Source: Raillietiella orientalis (taxonomy: Eukaryota). From it: DNA of 64,000 bases. Positions 1 to 12,499 of the stretch are shown one piece after another. The notes under the pieces are model-generated. The model saw only the letters and a program-made list of their open reading frames with translations, searched no databases and had not been told where the DNA came from. Within the stretch, counting starts at the first letter, position 1. Each line of letters opens with the position of its first letter. The translations under genes were made by a program, and so were the position numbers. The stretch covers positions 744,001-808,000 of the forward strand of contig JAYWIR010000007.1 in assembly GCA_036172245.1 (NCBI GenBank), in the 5' to 3' direction.

Positions 1-25
1 CGCGCGGCGGGCGGCCGGGCCTTAC

Positions 26-3000
26 GTGATGCTGAGCTCGTTGTACAGGTCCACCAGCGCCCTCCCGTACGCCTTCATGAATCGCTCGTACGACGACTGC
101 AGGTCCCTGTGCTGCTGGGTGTCGTTGAGGAAGTTGATGTTCATCATGAAGTACAGCCACGGCAGAGTCATATAGGAGATCTCGCTCTTGTTGAATTTCA
201 TCCCTGCAACAAACGGACGCACCGGTACGCCGGGTCTTCCACACAGTTGCCTCGGGCCTTCATTTTTTCAAAGCAAAAAAAACGTCGTTCACCCCTTCTT
301 GCCCTGGTGCTGCCCTCCCCGTGGGAAGAAGCAAGAGACGGCGACCTTCCGGAAAAGTAGGAGGCGACGTGCACCATTGACAATAGGGAAAAGGATCTGC
401 AGGGGTGGACAACTCGGAAGCGACCCAGAGTGTCCCTCCAAAAGGAATGCTACGTTGGAGAGAGCTACCAGAAATTCCTCCGGAGGTGCGGTGTCCCCCG
501 GTGTGCCGGAGCAGTGCAACCCTCGCCCTAAAGTGGCAGGAGTCGTCTATTCTTCTGTTGCATTGGGGACTCCCGTGCAACGTCCACCAATATTACTAGA
601 CCCAGGGGAGTGTGAGCCCCAGCTGCGGCAGGTGCGGGGAAGGAGGGTCCCTCCCGCACCTGCTCGTGGATTGTGTTGCCCGCCGCCCTTTGTGGGAACG
701 CTCTGCCGCGTCCCTGCGAAACCCCGAGGGCAACCCCAGAGCACCTTTTCCTGCGCGATGCCCTCACGCCGGCCGCAACCCCAGCAGCACTTTGCTGCCT
801 ACGCGAGATCGTGGCTGCATGGAACAACGCAAGAAGAGGCTACGACAGCAGGGACGCATCTATTTTGCCGACCTCTTCATGAGGACAGCGTCAAGATGTT
901 CCCATCTGGGAGTCTTGAAACAGGAACTTGCCAGCATCCTGGCAAGGATGCAGAGAACGCCCTCTAGCACACGGTGATCCCTTCTCGAACCCTCCCAATT
1001 TGTTTCCGTGTATATTTTCTTGCTTTTCTTTTCCTTTTTGTTGTTTCCTCTTTCCCTCCGCCGCCGAGGCGAACCTCGCCGGACTGCGCGCCGGTTCCTG
1101 GCAGGTTCCTTTCCCTATATGCACCCACGGTCAGTGGCAGGACCAAGCGTCCGGCCACTCACCTGTACGTTTATTTCCTTACAAATAAACGCTTCGACAC
1201 AACCGAGTGTTGATCAAAAATAAAATAAAATAAAAAGGTGGGGCTACGCGTGTCGCCTAGATCCACAACACGGAGTGTCCAGGGGAAACGGGAAAAACAA
1301 AATAAAGGAATCGTTCGGTCCGTCGAGTGGTCAGGAAGCCGCGACCCGCCCCTTCAATCGATCCGCCTATTTACTTGTTCTTTTGTTAGCCCATCTCCCG
1401 CCTGGTTGCTCGCTTGCTTCACGGCGTGTCCTCCTCCTGCTTACCTATTTCCTTGTTTGCTTACTCGTTTCTCCTGGCAACGCGTCTACGCTGCTGCTCA
1501 CGTTTCCTTCGGTTTGACTCTCCTTCTTCGGCCGTTGGGCTGCTTGTCTGCCCACGGACGGCATCTCACCTATTCACTTGCTCCTCGATTAGGTGGATTG
1601 TTGATCCCTTTATCTTTTCTACGGGGGCATCCATCCCTGGCCTTCCACTGCACCCGGGGGAGGAGGAGTCTTGAGGACTGCGTCCGGAGAGCAGGCGAGA
1701 CGAGAGGGCAAAGCCCGTGGGCGCTGGGCGGCTCCAAAGACCGACGCTGCCTGGATTCTCTCCGACCCGCAGCAGCGCCCACCGGCAAGGGGCGGCGGGG
1801 AGCGCGCAACCGCACCAGGCCATTATCTTTGAAAGGTTCTTCCGTGGACCACCCAACTCGCGCGCGCCCGCGAGGCGAGAGGCCGGGGAGCGGGAAGAGG
1901 ACGACCCCTTCCCCCCCGGACGGGTGTCCGCGAGCAGCCTTCCTTCCCTCCGATCCCGGACCCCTGTGCGCCCTCCAAGACGGTTGGGTTCCGGCCGCAT
2001 GTTCGCTCCCGGGAGGTGGGAAACCTCCCGGTCGCGCGCATCACCTTGACAGCGAGGGGCTGATCCACGATCCGCTCCTTTCCACTCGAGCAGGCCAATC
2101 CGCCATCGCAGGCCTCATCAATTTTTGAGGCAAGCATTCACTTTCCATGCGTCCCCTCATCAGGCTTCCTCCTCCAGGAGATAATGCGCTCATTTGTCTC
2201 CATTCCCACCTGGTTGTTGTGCCCGTTCACTATTTTTCCCGGATGCGGGAAATTCGATGCTGATCGGTCGAGTCGAGCTGCTCTCTCGGCGTTTGTGGAA
2301 CGCGGGACGGAACGATAGAAATGCTCCGACCCAAGAATTTGCATGTCGCTCTCGAGAGCCTCGCCGCTTTTTTTCATCCTTTTTTTCCCCCTTTCTTAAA
2401 AGGAAAATGAGAGAAAACTTCCCGTTCCCTGCAGGTTTCGCATCGGAAGATGGGGAAGGTATGTCCCGACGCAGCAGCAGCATACCGCCCGCCAAGCCCG
2501 GCTGCGCGTTGCCTGGATACGTGCCGCGGCTTCCGGGTTTTCCCGATGCCAGTTATGTATGTTCGCCTGCGCATGCCCAGGTGCCTCTCCGGGCTCTGCG
2601 AATGCACTCGGCGCACTCTTTGCAATGCTTTTAAGCCAAAATAGTTAATCCACTTTTGACAACGAAAAAAATGCAAATTTCAATTTTTTTTTTTAAAAAA
2701 AAGGCTGCTCATTCCACGCTTTTAGGGGTGACTTCCACCGGGACTCGACTCCGGTTCGAATTTCTGAGGGGGACGGTGGAGAAAGAGATGCCCGAGAGGC
2801 ATTCTCCACCGTCTGAAAATCCTGAGGGAAGCTCCACTTCGATTCGTGGATCTGGACGGAAAGGGAATCCGGAAATTTAGCAGATGGTCACTCCCGTCAG
2901 AGAAAAGTGGAAGGGGAGACTCCCCAGGTTGCCACTTTGGACTCCCTTCTCCCCTTCCTTTTCCCGCGAGCTCGACGGAGGCCAGAGGCAACGTAAAACA

Positions 3001-3732
3001 AGAAGAAACATTGCAGGAAGTGTCGACGAGGAGATTTTGGCCCAAAGTTTTTTTGCTCTCTCTCCCAATCCTGTTTTGGCATGTGTCCAAAATCAGTACG
3101 GAAAGGAGGTCCTCCCCTCCAGGTATGCGAGACCCGCCCCGGAAGGAGGCAAAATGCCGCTGCTGCCAAAGCCGGCCGAAAGCTCTCAGGAGTGATGCGT
3201 TCCCCCCCCCCACTCTTTCCCCTTCTCATTCCTCCCTTAGTACCCCCTAGCGGAAGAAGTCGGAAATCTCTTTGCCTCCGGAAAGCTAGGACTTTTCCCT
3301 CCCACACTGACCTGTCTTCCTCTGCATCCCCAGGACCGCCTTCAGGCTCAGCGGCCCAGAAGAGCACAGAGTGACGTCCGGAAGCTCCATCTCGAGCTCC
3401 GTCTTCTCTTCGTAGTGGATCCTGGAAGAGCGGTCGAGGAAGAGGTGCTGGAGGAGGGTGGAGATCTGGTAGCAGAACAGGCAGATCATGAGGACCATGA
3501 TCAGCAGCCAGAGGACCCTCACGACGAAGGAGCTGGCCGTCTCGTAGTGCTTGATCCCGTGGAAGCTGGTGATCCTGACGAACTGCTCGAAGTTCTTGCT
3601 GAGCTTCTGCGGGATCGTGAGGTCGACCTCCCTGTTCTTCGTGTTGAAGAGGGCCTGGTCGTGCTTCCACTTCCCGCCAGCCGGTCTGACCCTTATCGGG
3701 TTCGGCCTCTTGGTCTTCCTCAAGGAGTACAT
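26..3732 (-). CDS. Degenerin/epithelial sodium channel (DEG/ENaC/ASIC/pickpocket family) gene, first two coding exons; gene continues beyond the left edge
   Basis: Exon 1 (3732-3312) encodes MYSLRK...TSFHG (the pre-TM1 HG motif), a hydrophobic TM1 (VLWLLIMVLMICLFCYQI) and ELPDVTLC (the family's post-TM1 FPxVTxC motif). It ends at donor AG|GTCAGT, phase 1. Exon 2 (203-26) follows acceptor TTGCAG, stays in frame (GMKFNKSEI...NELSI) and ends at AC|GTAAG. Intron 1 is 3311-204. Confidence 0.88.
290..1236 (+). mobile_element. 5'-truncated L1/Tx1-like LINE copy (ORF2 C-terminus, zf-RVT, 3' UTR, tail) in ENaC intron 1
   Basis: Frameshifted translation KGMLRWRELPEIP...KWQESSILLLHWGLPCN...CGRCGEGGSLPHLLVDC...ELASILARM is colinear with the 54563-56207 ORF. 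A pyrimidine-rich UTR, AATAAA at about 1184 and an (AAAAT)n tail to 1236 follow. Confidence 0.85.
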
Positions 3733-5842
3733 CAGGAGCGCCGAGATCGCTTCCCGGAAAGAGAATGGCGGCAGCAGGAGGGGAGGGGAGGAGGAGAGAC
3801 CGCCGTTCGGTGATCCTTCGGTCGCAGGCCCCGGATGAAGGTCAACACTCTCTTCTCTCGCCTGGGGGAACGCGGCGCGTCACTGGAGTTCGGCCACCGC
3901 GCCCTGTCCCGAGCCCTCGCGATCGGCCCGGAAAGCTCGACGAAGCCTCCGGAAAATTTCCTGTTCTTCCTCCTCAGGGAACCCGGAAAGGGACGGGGGG
4001 AGGTCCGGACGGCTCCCAGGGGAAGTGCGTGAGGCGAGCGTCGGCCTTCGATCCCGACTCCGCGCCTCCGAGGGTCGGGTGGGACTTCACTCCGCCGCGG
4101 ATCGAGGGGACTGATCCGGGAAGAGAGTCTCGGCCGTTCCTCGGACAAGGAGGAGTGGTCGCGATCCGCCTTCCGAAGAAAGCAGGAGGAGGAGGGATGA
4201 GGAAGGGGGGAGAAAGGAGGAGGATAACTCGCGTGTGTATCGATGGCAACAGTCTCTACTTGCTTTGGCTCCGATCCACTTCGACTGGAATTTCTGAGCT
4301 ACCGTCTGGATGGGATCGAGCCCTGCCGTCTCCTCTAGAAAACCTCCCTAACATCGACGGCCTCATCAATTAAACATTTCCCGAATTAGCGGGTAATTAC
4401 AAAGTTTATTGAGAAAAAAAAAAAGGTGGGGAGGAGGGAAATAAAGGAGGAAGCAAAAAATTCGCCTCCTCATCGTTCTCCCCTGCTGTTCTATTCAAAG
4501 AATGCAAACACGACAGGGTGGAGGAAGAGGGGAAGAGAGATGGGGGGAGGCATACGCAGTTGAGGGACCTCGCTCGACTTCGGCCTCCGGACCCTCGACG
4601 AAGATCAGGTGTTTCCCAGGAGACTCGGTGGAAGACGTCCCTCCTGGGTTCCCGACCGCAGGAGGCAATCAACTCTCCCAGGCTGAACTCCCGGTGTCCC
4701 TATCCTGCTTCGGAGCATCCATTCAGAGCCTCCTCCTCCTCCTCCCTTCCTCCTCCTCCTCGTTCGTTCAGCGTCTCTCGTCTCCTGGCGCCCGGGAGTT
4801 CCCCTGTGTAGGTTGCCTAAGAACGAGCAATGACTTTTCCTCGTCGCCACCATTCATCTCCATCCGCATCATTCGTGGCGTAGTCCCGGCGTACCTGGCG
4901 CTCCCTCACGCCGGCTCACCCTCCGTTTGAGATGAGCAGGAAGTGTTGGGACGAACGGGCGTGGGGAGATGAGAAGTGGGGATGGAAACGAACAAGTCGA
5001 CCCGCCGGATCGAAACGAAAAGGCGAACGAGGTGATCGAGTCACCCCCACTCTTTTCTCGGGAAAGCCTGAAGCGTTCCGGCCTCCCTTCAGGGATTGAT
5101 CGGCTGCTACGGGCGCGACATCCTGGGGTGAGCGATGCAAGCAGGGCTAGAGAGGCAGCAGAGGCTCTCTTCTCCCCACTCCAGCAGAACCCGTAAAAGC
5201 GCGGAAGAGGAGGTCGAAAGGAAAGGGAGCTTTCCCTCGGAAACCAGAGATCCCGTTTCCGGAAGGAGAAATTGCCGATCGCGAAGGAAGAGGGTCGGCG
5301 ATGAAGGCATTCGCTTTCGTGTCCCTACGAAGCGTTGCGGTGCTTCCCGTGGTCAGGCAGCACGTGCCGGTCAGGGCCATGGGCCCAGAAGAATCCTGTG
5401 ATGGTTCCCTACCCCCTTCTCCAGCAATAGGATTGACGGGAACGCCGGAAGCGTTCCGTGATCCGACCGAGATCTCCTCAGAGGGGAAGGGGAAGGGAAA
5501 GCAGCCTTCCCACCCTCCTAGGGGAGAAAACTGGAAACCTGGAGAGAGGGATAAACTGCAGAACGCGCCCTCTGGCTTCAGAGGGGGAGGGAAGGGATGC
5601 GACCCCATCGGACGGAAGGGAGAAAAAATCGGAATAACGCGCGCCTGAGGGAGGGTGTGAAACATTCCTGGGTCAGGTTGCGAGCTGAAGCCCCTCCGAA
5701 GAAGCAAGGGGGAGGGGGAACCCGGTTGAGGAGAAAGGGCGGGACTCTTGTGGTAGGAGCGACTGCATGTCTCTCCATGTGCTGCGTTTTCGTACCTCCT
5801 GGGGGGAGAGGAAGGGAGAAAGGAGGGCTCCGTGGGGACTTA

Positions 5843-5923
5843 CAGGGGAAAGGGAGTTTCACTCCTACATTCCTTCCTGCATTCCAGGAGAAAGGGGGTT
5901 TCGTTCCTGCACTCCTTCATGCA
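5843..5923. repeat. Two-copy tandem duplication, period 42 bp
   Basis: caggggaaagggagtttcactcctacattccttcctgca (5843-5881) vs caggagaaagggggtttcgttcctgcactccttcatgca (5885-5923). Confidence 0.7.
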
Positions 5924-6959
5924 GCGTGGGCTTCCTGAGGCCCCTGCCTTCGGCTCCTTGGAGGCAACAACGCGGCAGCAGAGAATGTAAGCGGTAAGGG
6001 AGGAGTCAGCGACTTTGCATCTGTCCTTGGATCTCCGGTCGTCAGAGAATTGGTCCACCCTATGACCCCGCGATTTCAAGTGGCCATCCTTCTCTTTCCA
6101 AACGGGAGGAAGGTGAGGAGGTCTTCCCGAAGAGGAGCAGAGGAGGATGAATCTGCTTTTGAGCAACGCAGAAGCACCAACCCCCCATGCAGCAGGTCGG
6201 TCCGACTCCTCCCCTCTTTAGCCTGAGGTTGCCAGCCGCTCTGGGGCCCTACCTTCCGTCCGCGTCCAATTGATTTCCCCAAGACTCTTTGCCCAGAGAT
6301 CTCTGATCGCCGAGTGCCTGAAACTCGAGGAAAGCTCTAATAAAGCTGAGACTGGGTGGGATGTAATGAAGGAAGAGAGGGGAGAGAAAGTGGACCGGAT
6401 AACCAGGTGGCAAAGTATCCTCTGCTTGCCAACCGGGTCACCCCTGCTGTATCCCTCTGCCATGGCTCCGCGTTGTCCCGTAGCAAAAGAGGAAGCAATC
6501 AGAGAGTTCTTGCTCCAAATCCCATGAACTCCAGGATTCTCATTCCCTTCGTTTCCATTGCTCCTGCGGAGATTTATCCACGTCAGCCCTTCTCCCTCTC
6601 CCCGGAAATGCTCCCACTCCCGTAGGGACTCTACCTTCCCCTCCCCCCTCCTCTCCACGCTCTGACCAAAGCGCCGAGCTGCAGGATAGATGGTCAGAGG
6701 ACCGGGTCCACTCCGGATCCCGCGGACGCAGAAGGAGGGAGAAGGGAAGCAGTCGGGAAGGCGACACGGAGCCACCGTTCGAGCGCTGGAAACGAAGCAG
6801 TTCTCGTGCGATCACGGCGCCATCTCTCGGACGGTCGGCGAAGCTTCGCGACCTCACCCTCGCCATGGAAAACGGAAGCGTTTTCGCGCGTTCCTCTTCC
6901 GGAGATAGGCGCGTCCCGAAAGTTGAGACCTGCCACCTCCCGGTGTGCCCTCAGCTCCC

Positions 6960-7270
6960 TAGAGGAGCGGCCATTCCAGCACTCGGATGGACCCGAAACC
7001 CACCAGTAGGTCTCTCAGGTTCTCCCGCATCGATCGGCAGTCGTCCAAAGATGCCGGACGAGTCTTGTACGAGATGATGGAAGTCTTCTGGGGTTCCTTT
7101 TCTGTCTTCACTATTTCCCTCCCAGCTTTTTTTTTCCGGTCAGCTGAGTGCTTGAGAGCCGTTGTTGGCCTGGAGCAGCTCGCGTAGCTCTTCAGCGCCG
7201 TTCCACCCGTCCGAGGATGCATGTAGCAACCCTTCAAGTTAGTGATGGTATTCCGGTAGAGGACCACCCC
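6960..7270 (-). mobile_element. Degenerate LINE RT fragment (RT subdomains 1-3)
   Basis: The minus ORF reads RPTTALKHSADRK...RSMRENLRDLL, resembling RPISLLNxDYK...GRSIxDNxxxL. It is homologous to about 51430-51700. Confidence 0.5.
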
Positions 7271-7768
7271 ATGAATTCAGGAAGGACTCCGGAGGGAGAA
7301 ATCTGTTCTTCTCACGCTTGGGAGGGAACCTGCGCGGGAACCTCCACTCCTCGTTTCCTCCTCTTTTGAAGAGAGCTTCGAAGGGACGCTTACCGATTTC
7401 CCCGAAGGGTCTACTCTCCGAAAGGAGCAGTGCGCTTCTTCACACTCTGGATATGCATCATCAGCTCATCTGCTCCTTGATACGAGATGGAGGGGTCCCC
7501 CACCTCTCTCCACCTCGAGTGGAAGGGGCAGCCCCATTTGCACAACCATAGGAAAACCCAGAAGGGAACTGGACTCTTGATTCCTGGAAGGACCCCCCCC
7601 TCCCCAATTTCACTACCACCCCGGGATCAGCTTCCAATCCCGAGCACTCTTCGGGAGTATCCGGTTTTTACCAGCTTCTTCCAATGCCTCACCCGAATAT
7701 GGACCAACCAGCGTTTTCTTGCGGGAGGAACCCACGACGCTCCCATTTCTCTGGCGTCGATCCTTCAT

Positions 7769-8866
7769 TTTCACCTGGTCACGCCGGGACGTTTATCGTA
7801 AAAAAAAAAAATGTTTAAAAAAGAAACAGTCACGTCAAATATTTTAAAAATGTCTTTCTTCGTAGTGATTGCACAGCAGCACCACTACGAAAGGAAATGT
7901 CTGGGAAGCACCGCTTCTCGTGAGCAGCTCCCCGATGAGGTCTGCACAGGAGGAGTGGGGGGAGGGATAAACAAAAACAAAGAAAAAACAAAACTTCATT
8001 TTAAGAATATGTTGAGGGGAGAGGGGGAAACGGAAGGAATCATGGATTTCTTCCTGGCAGTCTCCGCATTCCCTGGAGGATGTTGGCACTCCCCCCTCTT
8101 GCTGGCAGAGATGCAGCCATCTTGTTGCCTTCCTCATGAAGGAGCAGACGATTGAGCTGACCTCACCGTTCCATCGGCCTCCCCGTTCTGTGAGGCTTCT
8201 CACCGCCACGATTTCACGAAGGTAACACAGAGCTGAGGGAGAAGCTTCAGGAGACATCGCTTGCGCTCGAAGAGATGCCGCCAAGACCACTCCGCCGTTG
8301 TCCATCGGGTCCATCGGGAGTGGGAGGGCTGCAGTGAAGCGTTCCCAGACACTCAGGAAGGCAGCATAATGGAACAGCAGGTGCGGGAGGGTTTCCAGTT
8401 CCCCGCACCTGGCACAGGCCGGGGCTGCACTCCCCTTTGTCCAGTGATGGACTCGTGTGTCGCACGGGTACATCACTGGACAAGAGGCACCCCTGGGAGA
8501 TAGCTGGCACCAAAGCTGCCCGGTTTCCAGAACTGCATTCTTTCTGGATGGCGAGGAAAATCTGGCCCCATTCGCAGCGAGGAACTGAGACCCGGCGCCC
8601 CACGATTTCCATAGATACCCTCCTCTTCCAGCCTCCACTCCATCCTCTCCTCCTTATAGATGGCTTCACCTTTGCTGCAGTCCCCACGTCCAGTCGACCC
8701 TGAAAATCTTGACATTCTTCGATTGCCACCAACCTGGCTGTCCCTCTTGTCGATTCTGTTGAGTTCAGAAGGAGAAGAGGCGAGCAAGGGATGCAGGAGG
8801 AGCAACCTCTGCTTCTCTGCACTCCCGCTGCGGAGGATCCGAGCGCCTCCGCACCTCCATCCACAG
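7769..8866 (-). mobile_element. 5'-truncated LINE copy (H), antisense inside an older plus-strand copy
   Basis: ORF 7844-8638 contains HHWTKGSAAPACARCGELETLPHLLFH (zf-RVT). The family 3' motif (gataaacgtcccggcgtgaccaggtg on minus) lies at 7772-7797. The 5' boundary is approximate. Confidence 0.75.
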
Positions 8867-9377
8867 GATCGTCACATGAGAATGCTGCTCTCCGATTGCA
8901 GCCGTCTTTGGACCGAACTCTCCAGGATTCCATCCGGCGTTCTGGATTTCGCCCCCAACGGTCACGAACAGCTCATTCCTTCCACTAAGGTGACAGCATT
9001 CGGCACTGCTCCCATGGCCCCGAGGGTTCCCGTCCAATTTGTGCCGGCACCTCTGGACGAGGGAAAGTGCCGCGCCTAACTGTGCCAGTTGCGGGGAACT
9101 GGATCCTTCCCGCACCAGCTAGTGAACTGTGTTGTCCCCTGGACATCGAAAGGAAGCATCTCCACAGCCTTCTCCATCCTAGCGGGCAGTCCCTAGCAGT
9201 ATTTTTTAGCATATCTCTGTGCGGAGTGCCATGCTGCCTGCAGCCGCCATCGCAGCATTCTGCTAATCGCTCGTCGCTGTCATCGCCACGATGCACGACG
9301 TGCATCCCCTGGTCATTTCGGGGCGTTCCCAACGGAAAAACAGGCAGAAGTTCAAAGGGGTTGTCCGCTGACACGCA
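8867..9377 (+). mobile_element. Plus-strand LINE ORF2 C-terminal fragment (host copy, zf-RVT region)
   Basis: WTELSRIPSGVLDFAP followed by aactgtgccagttgcggggaactggatccttcccgcac (C-A-S-C-G-E...P-H), colinear with the family ORF2. Confidence 0.65.
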
Positions 9378-10570
9378 AATCGGTCACTCTAAAAGTCCGG
9401 GACGGGAAAGAGAGAATGAAAAATAAACAGTAAACAAAACAGGGTTGAAATCTCTGGCATCTTCCGATCCTTATTTTAAAATCGGGGAAGGTCCGGAGAG
9501 GGTGGAATGGGACGATGAATAAATGAAAAGAAAGGTAGCAAGGGACAGAGGACTTTGGGTTCGGTCATTCCTCCGTCCTAGAAGCGTCGCAAAATGGAGG
9601 CCATCTCCCTTTTTACTTCTTTTTCCCGATCAGACTACACAGCAGCCGTCCTCGTGGAGGCGGCTGCCATCACGGTGCCCTCCCTACGCTGCGCTGCCGT
9701 CTCCAAGACATGGCGGACCGTGACGACGGCGCGGACGCAACGCATCGTCGCGATCGCTGCGCCAGCCGAGCCCGCCGCGTGCAAAGGATCGCCGCAGCAA
9801 GTCTTCGGGCGGCTGCCCCTGGATCGCTGAAGACCGCCTCCGCAACAGTTCCTGGAGGGCGGCGCAGTCCAAAAGCAGGTCCGAGATCGACTCCACTTAT
9901 TCGCAACTGGCACAGTTCGTGGATGCGACCCTTTTCCTCCCCTCCGGAGACGAGGTACCAGCGCTAACTGCACCGGAAACCCCAGTGCAGGAACAGCAGC
10001 ACATCCTCAGTGGGAACACGGAAGCAGTTAAGCATCAGGGAGAGAGGAACTACCGGTTCATAGTCTCCGATTCGCATGAAAGACTTGGTGGCGCCACGTC
10101 AGAACGCTGACTTGGGCATCCTGACCATCGAGAACATCGGGCTGCAGGTGCAGTTCCGATTTCTCTCCCTCTGTGGAAGATTGTGGCCTTCCCATTGGTG
10201 AGCTCAGGCACGGCACATCCTCCGGCGATGCGCTGGAAGTGCAGGACTTCTTTCGCTGCGGCCGCGCAGCGAAAGAAGGCGACGTAGGGGCACCGGATTT
10301 GGCGACCTCCTGAGACAGCTGTCCTCACTACTGCTAGCCCACCCGTGGATCGTATGCCGCTTCATAAACTGGAATGCCTGGCAGAAGCAGAATCTGGGGT
10401 CCTGGGTCGTTTCTTTAAAAGAGCGTCCAGAGGAACTGCGATCGCTGCAGAATCTCGTACGCGAGTCGCTGCCAGATCTCCTGCAGGACTGGGCGACCGG
10501 AATAGCCGTCGCACCCTTCTCCGCAGCACTGCCTAACCTCAGGGCAAACAACGACAGCAGCCAATCGGCG
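9378..10570 (-). mobile_element. Degenerate LINE copy (G)
   Basis: Minus frames give CASCE*VESISDLLLDCAAL (zf-RVT). A T-rich 3' UTR on minus lies at about 9400-9560 and a gtgaccga end motif at about 9382-9389. Confidence 0.6.
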
Positions 10571-10706
10571 GGGTGGGGTGGCCTCTTGCAATAGCTGCAG
10601 GGGTCAAGAGACTCCTGGATGGTCGCGAGACGAACGAGTTGGCGGACGGCGGTGCCACTCCTCGTTCCCGGGAGAAGGGACTCCTTCGGTGGAGTGACCT
10701 GCTTGG

Positions 10707-12100
10707 TTTATTACTCGGTCACGCCGGGATACTTATTAGAAAAAATAAACATACATGTTTAGGGCCATCGACCCTATATTGTCTGAAAATGCTCGGAACC
10801 TGTCAAGTAATCGGTACGCAGGTCGGTGGGGTTCGCCTAGGCAGCGGAGGGGAAGGAGACAAACAAGAATAAATACTAAACAGAAAAAATACATACCAAA
10901 AAAAATTGGAAGGGTTAGAGGAGGGATCACCGGGCCCACCCTTTCCAGGATGCCGGCAAGTTCCTTCTGAGTATGACTCAGGTAGGAAGGACTATCTAGC
11001 TGCCGTCCGCAGGAAGCTCAGGGCGAAGCAGATGATGGTGCCGGCATCCTCCACCTGCGTCGCTCCAAGCCACCGCAATCTCGCGTAGGCAGCAAAAAGC
11101 TTCTGGGGATGCAGCAGACGAAAAATCATCGCACACGGAAAGGCGCCACAACCTTTTCCTGCCGTCAGGCATTGAAGTCCATCGAGCGGCAAGAGATCCA
11201 TCGGCGAGCTCTCAGTAGCGAGGCTAGCCGCCTCAGAAGGAAGCCAGATTCCTGCATCCGATATCGAAAACACGGCAACATCGAGATAAGTCTTTCGCTA
11301 CCGAAGGATGAGGAGTGCACGCGCGCACCATGGAGATTTCTAGAACTCTGCATAAATCCCCAGAATTCGAAACTGCACCTGAAGTCCTATTTTTTCCAGC
11401 GTCACGAACTGTCATCCTGACGCGGTGCCACGGAGGTGGATCCTGGACCACGTAAGTCCCAGAAATGAGATTTTCCGTATCTCAGTAGGTGTTGCTCCCG
11501 GAGCTTGGTCAAATAGGGAGACGAGAAAACGAAAAATAAGGGGTAGAGGAGGGGGGGCAGCAAAAGTGTTTCAAAAGGCAGTCTTCTACGGAACGCCCAT
11601 GTACTTGAAGTACCTGCCCGTGTGGATCTCCAGGAGGATCCAGTTGGACTGATCCTCCCATGACACACCACCGGTACAACCGTGCACTTCGTCCTGTTGA
11701 CGCTCATGCCCGCACCCTGGAGGATCAGCTCGAAAAAGCTGCCTTGTTACCGGGGTGGACATGGACAACAGGAGAAGCAGGTCGTCCGCGTAGGCGGTCA
11801 CGGCCGGCGTGTCCGGGCAGGAGCTTGGCAGCTTGGCAGCTTGGCCAGCGCCAGTCTGTACGCTCTCAGCACCAGCTCGAAGATGTTGAAGAGCAGGGAT
11901 CTCAAGCTGTCTCCCTGCCTGACCTCTCTGTGCACGGGAACACCCGCGCACTTGGCAGCCGCTGGAAAAAAAAAAAAACGCTGGTGACCGCGTGGCATCA
12001 GCGAGAGGCATGCCGGAAGACTGACTCGTTCCAAGAGCTCCAGAAGGAGTTCCTGGTTGAGGAAACCGTACACTTTGAGGCACGAGATCGAGAGAGAGCG
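10707..12100 (-). mobile_element. LINE copy (E) with RT core, internal deletion and 3' end
   Basis: REVRQGDSLRSLLFNIFE (QGxP motif), TPAVTAYADDLLLLL, YFKYMGVP, LRARRWISCR, then a jump to IICFALSFLRTAAR. The 3' motif aataagtatcccggcgtgaccgagtaataaa on minus ends at 10707. Confidence 0.85.
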
Positions 12101-12470
12101 CGACCGCCGGGGAGAATCATCCCCTTCGCAACCCAGTTGCCACGGACTGCATCGAGATTGACCTAAACTTGGGAGCGCATCAGGAAGGGCTTGCTGGCAT
12201 CCTGCACAGAATGCAGAGGACTCGACGGCGCGAAATACGATCTCTTCCCTTGGACCCTTTCCCTCCCTCAGCAAAAAAAAAAAAAAATAATACTTTTTCT
12301 CTCATTTTTGTTCCTTTGTTTTTCCTCCCTCTTCCCCCTCCGCCCCCGTTATGAACCTCTCCTTGACCTTCAACGAAGTGTTCGACTCGGTGGGAGATCA
12401 CGCTTCAGCCAGTCTGTGTGTGTGTTTATTTGTTGTAGGAAATAAACGCGTGGACGTGACCTGATGATGA
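12100..12470 (+). mobile_element. LINE 3' end fragment (ORF2 end and 3' UTR)
   Basis: RTASR...GLAGILHRM matches the ORF2 end RTAAR...ELAGILERM. The UTR ends aataaacgcgtggacgtgacctgatga (12441-12467). Confidence 0.7.
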
Positions 12471-12499
12471 CTCTGCTACTGAGCGCAGATCGGTGGCTC

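Noticed and set aside
1238..3280. Long ORFs (e.g. 1238-2128) in the ENaC intron, and similar ORFs at 4-7 kb and 58-64 kb
   Set aside because: These are Arg/Pro/Gly/Ser-rich frames expected in GC-rich DNA, with no recognisable domains or codon bias.
2897..3838. Overlapping ORFs 2897-3670, 3415-3813 and 3551-3838
   Set aside because: They are shadow frames produced by the very high GC3 of ENaC exon 1.
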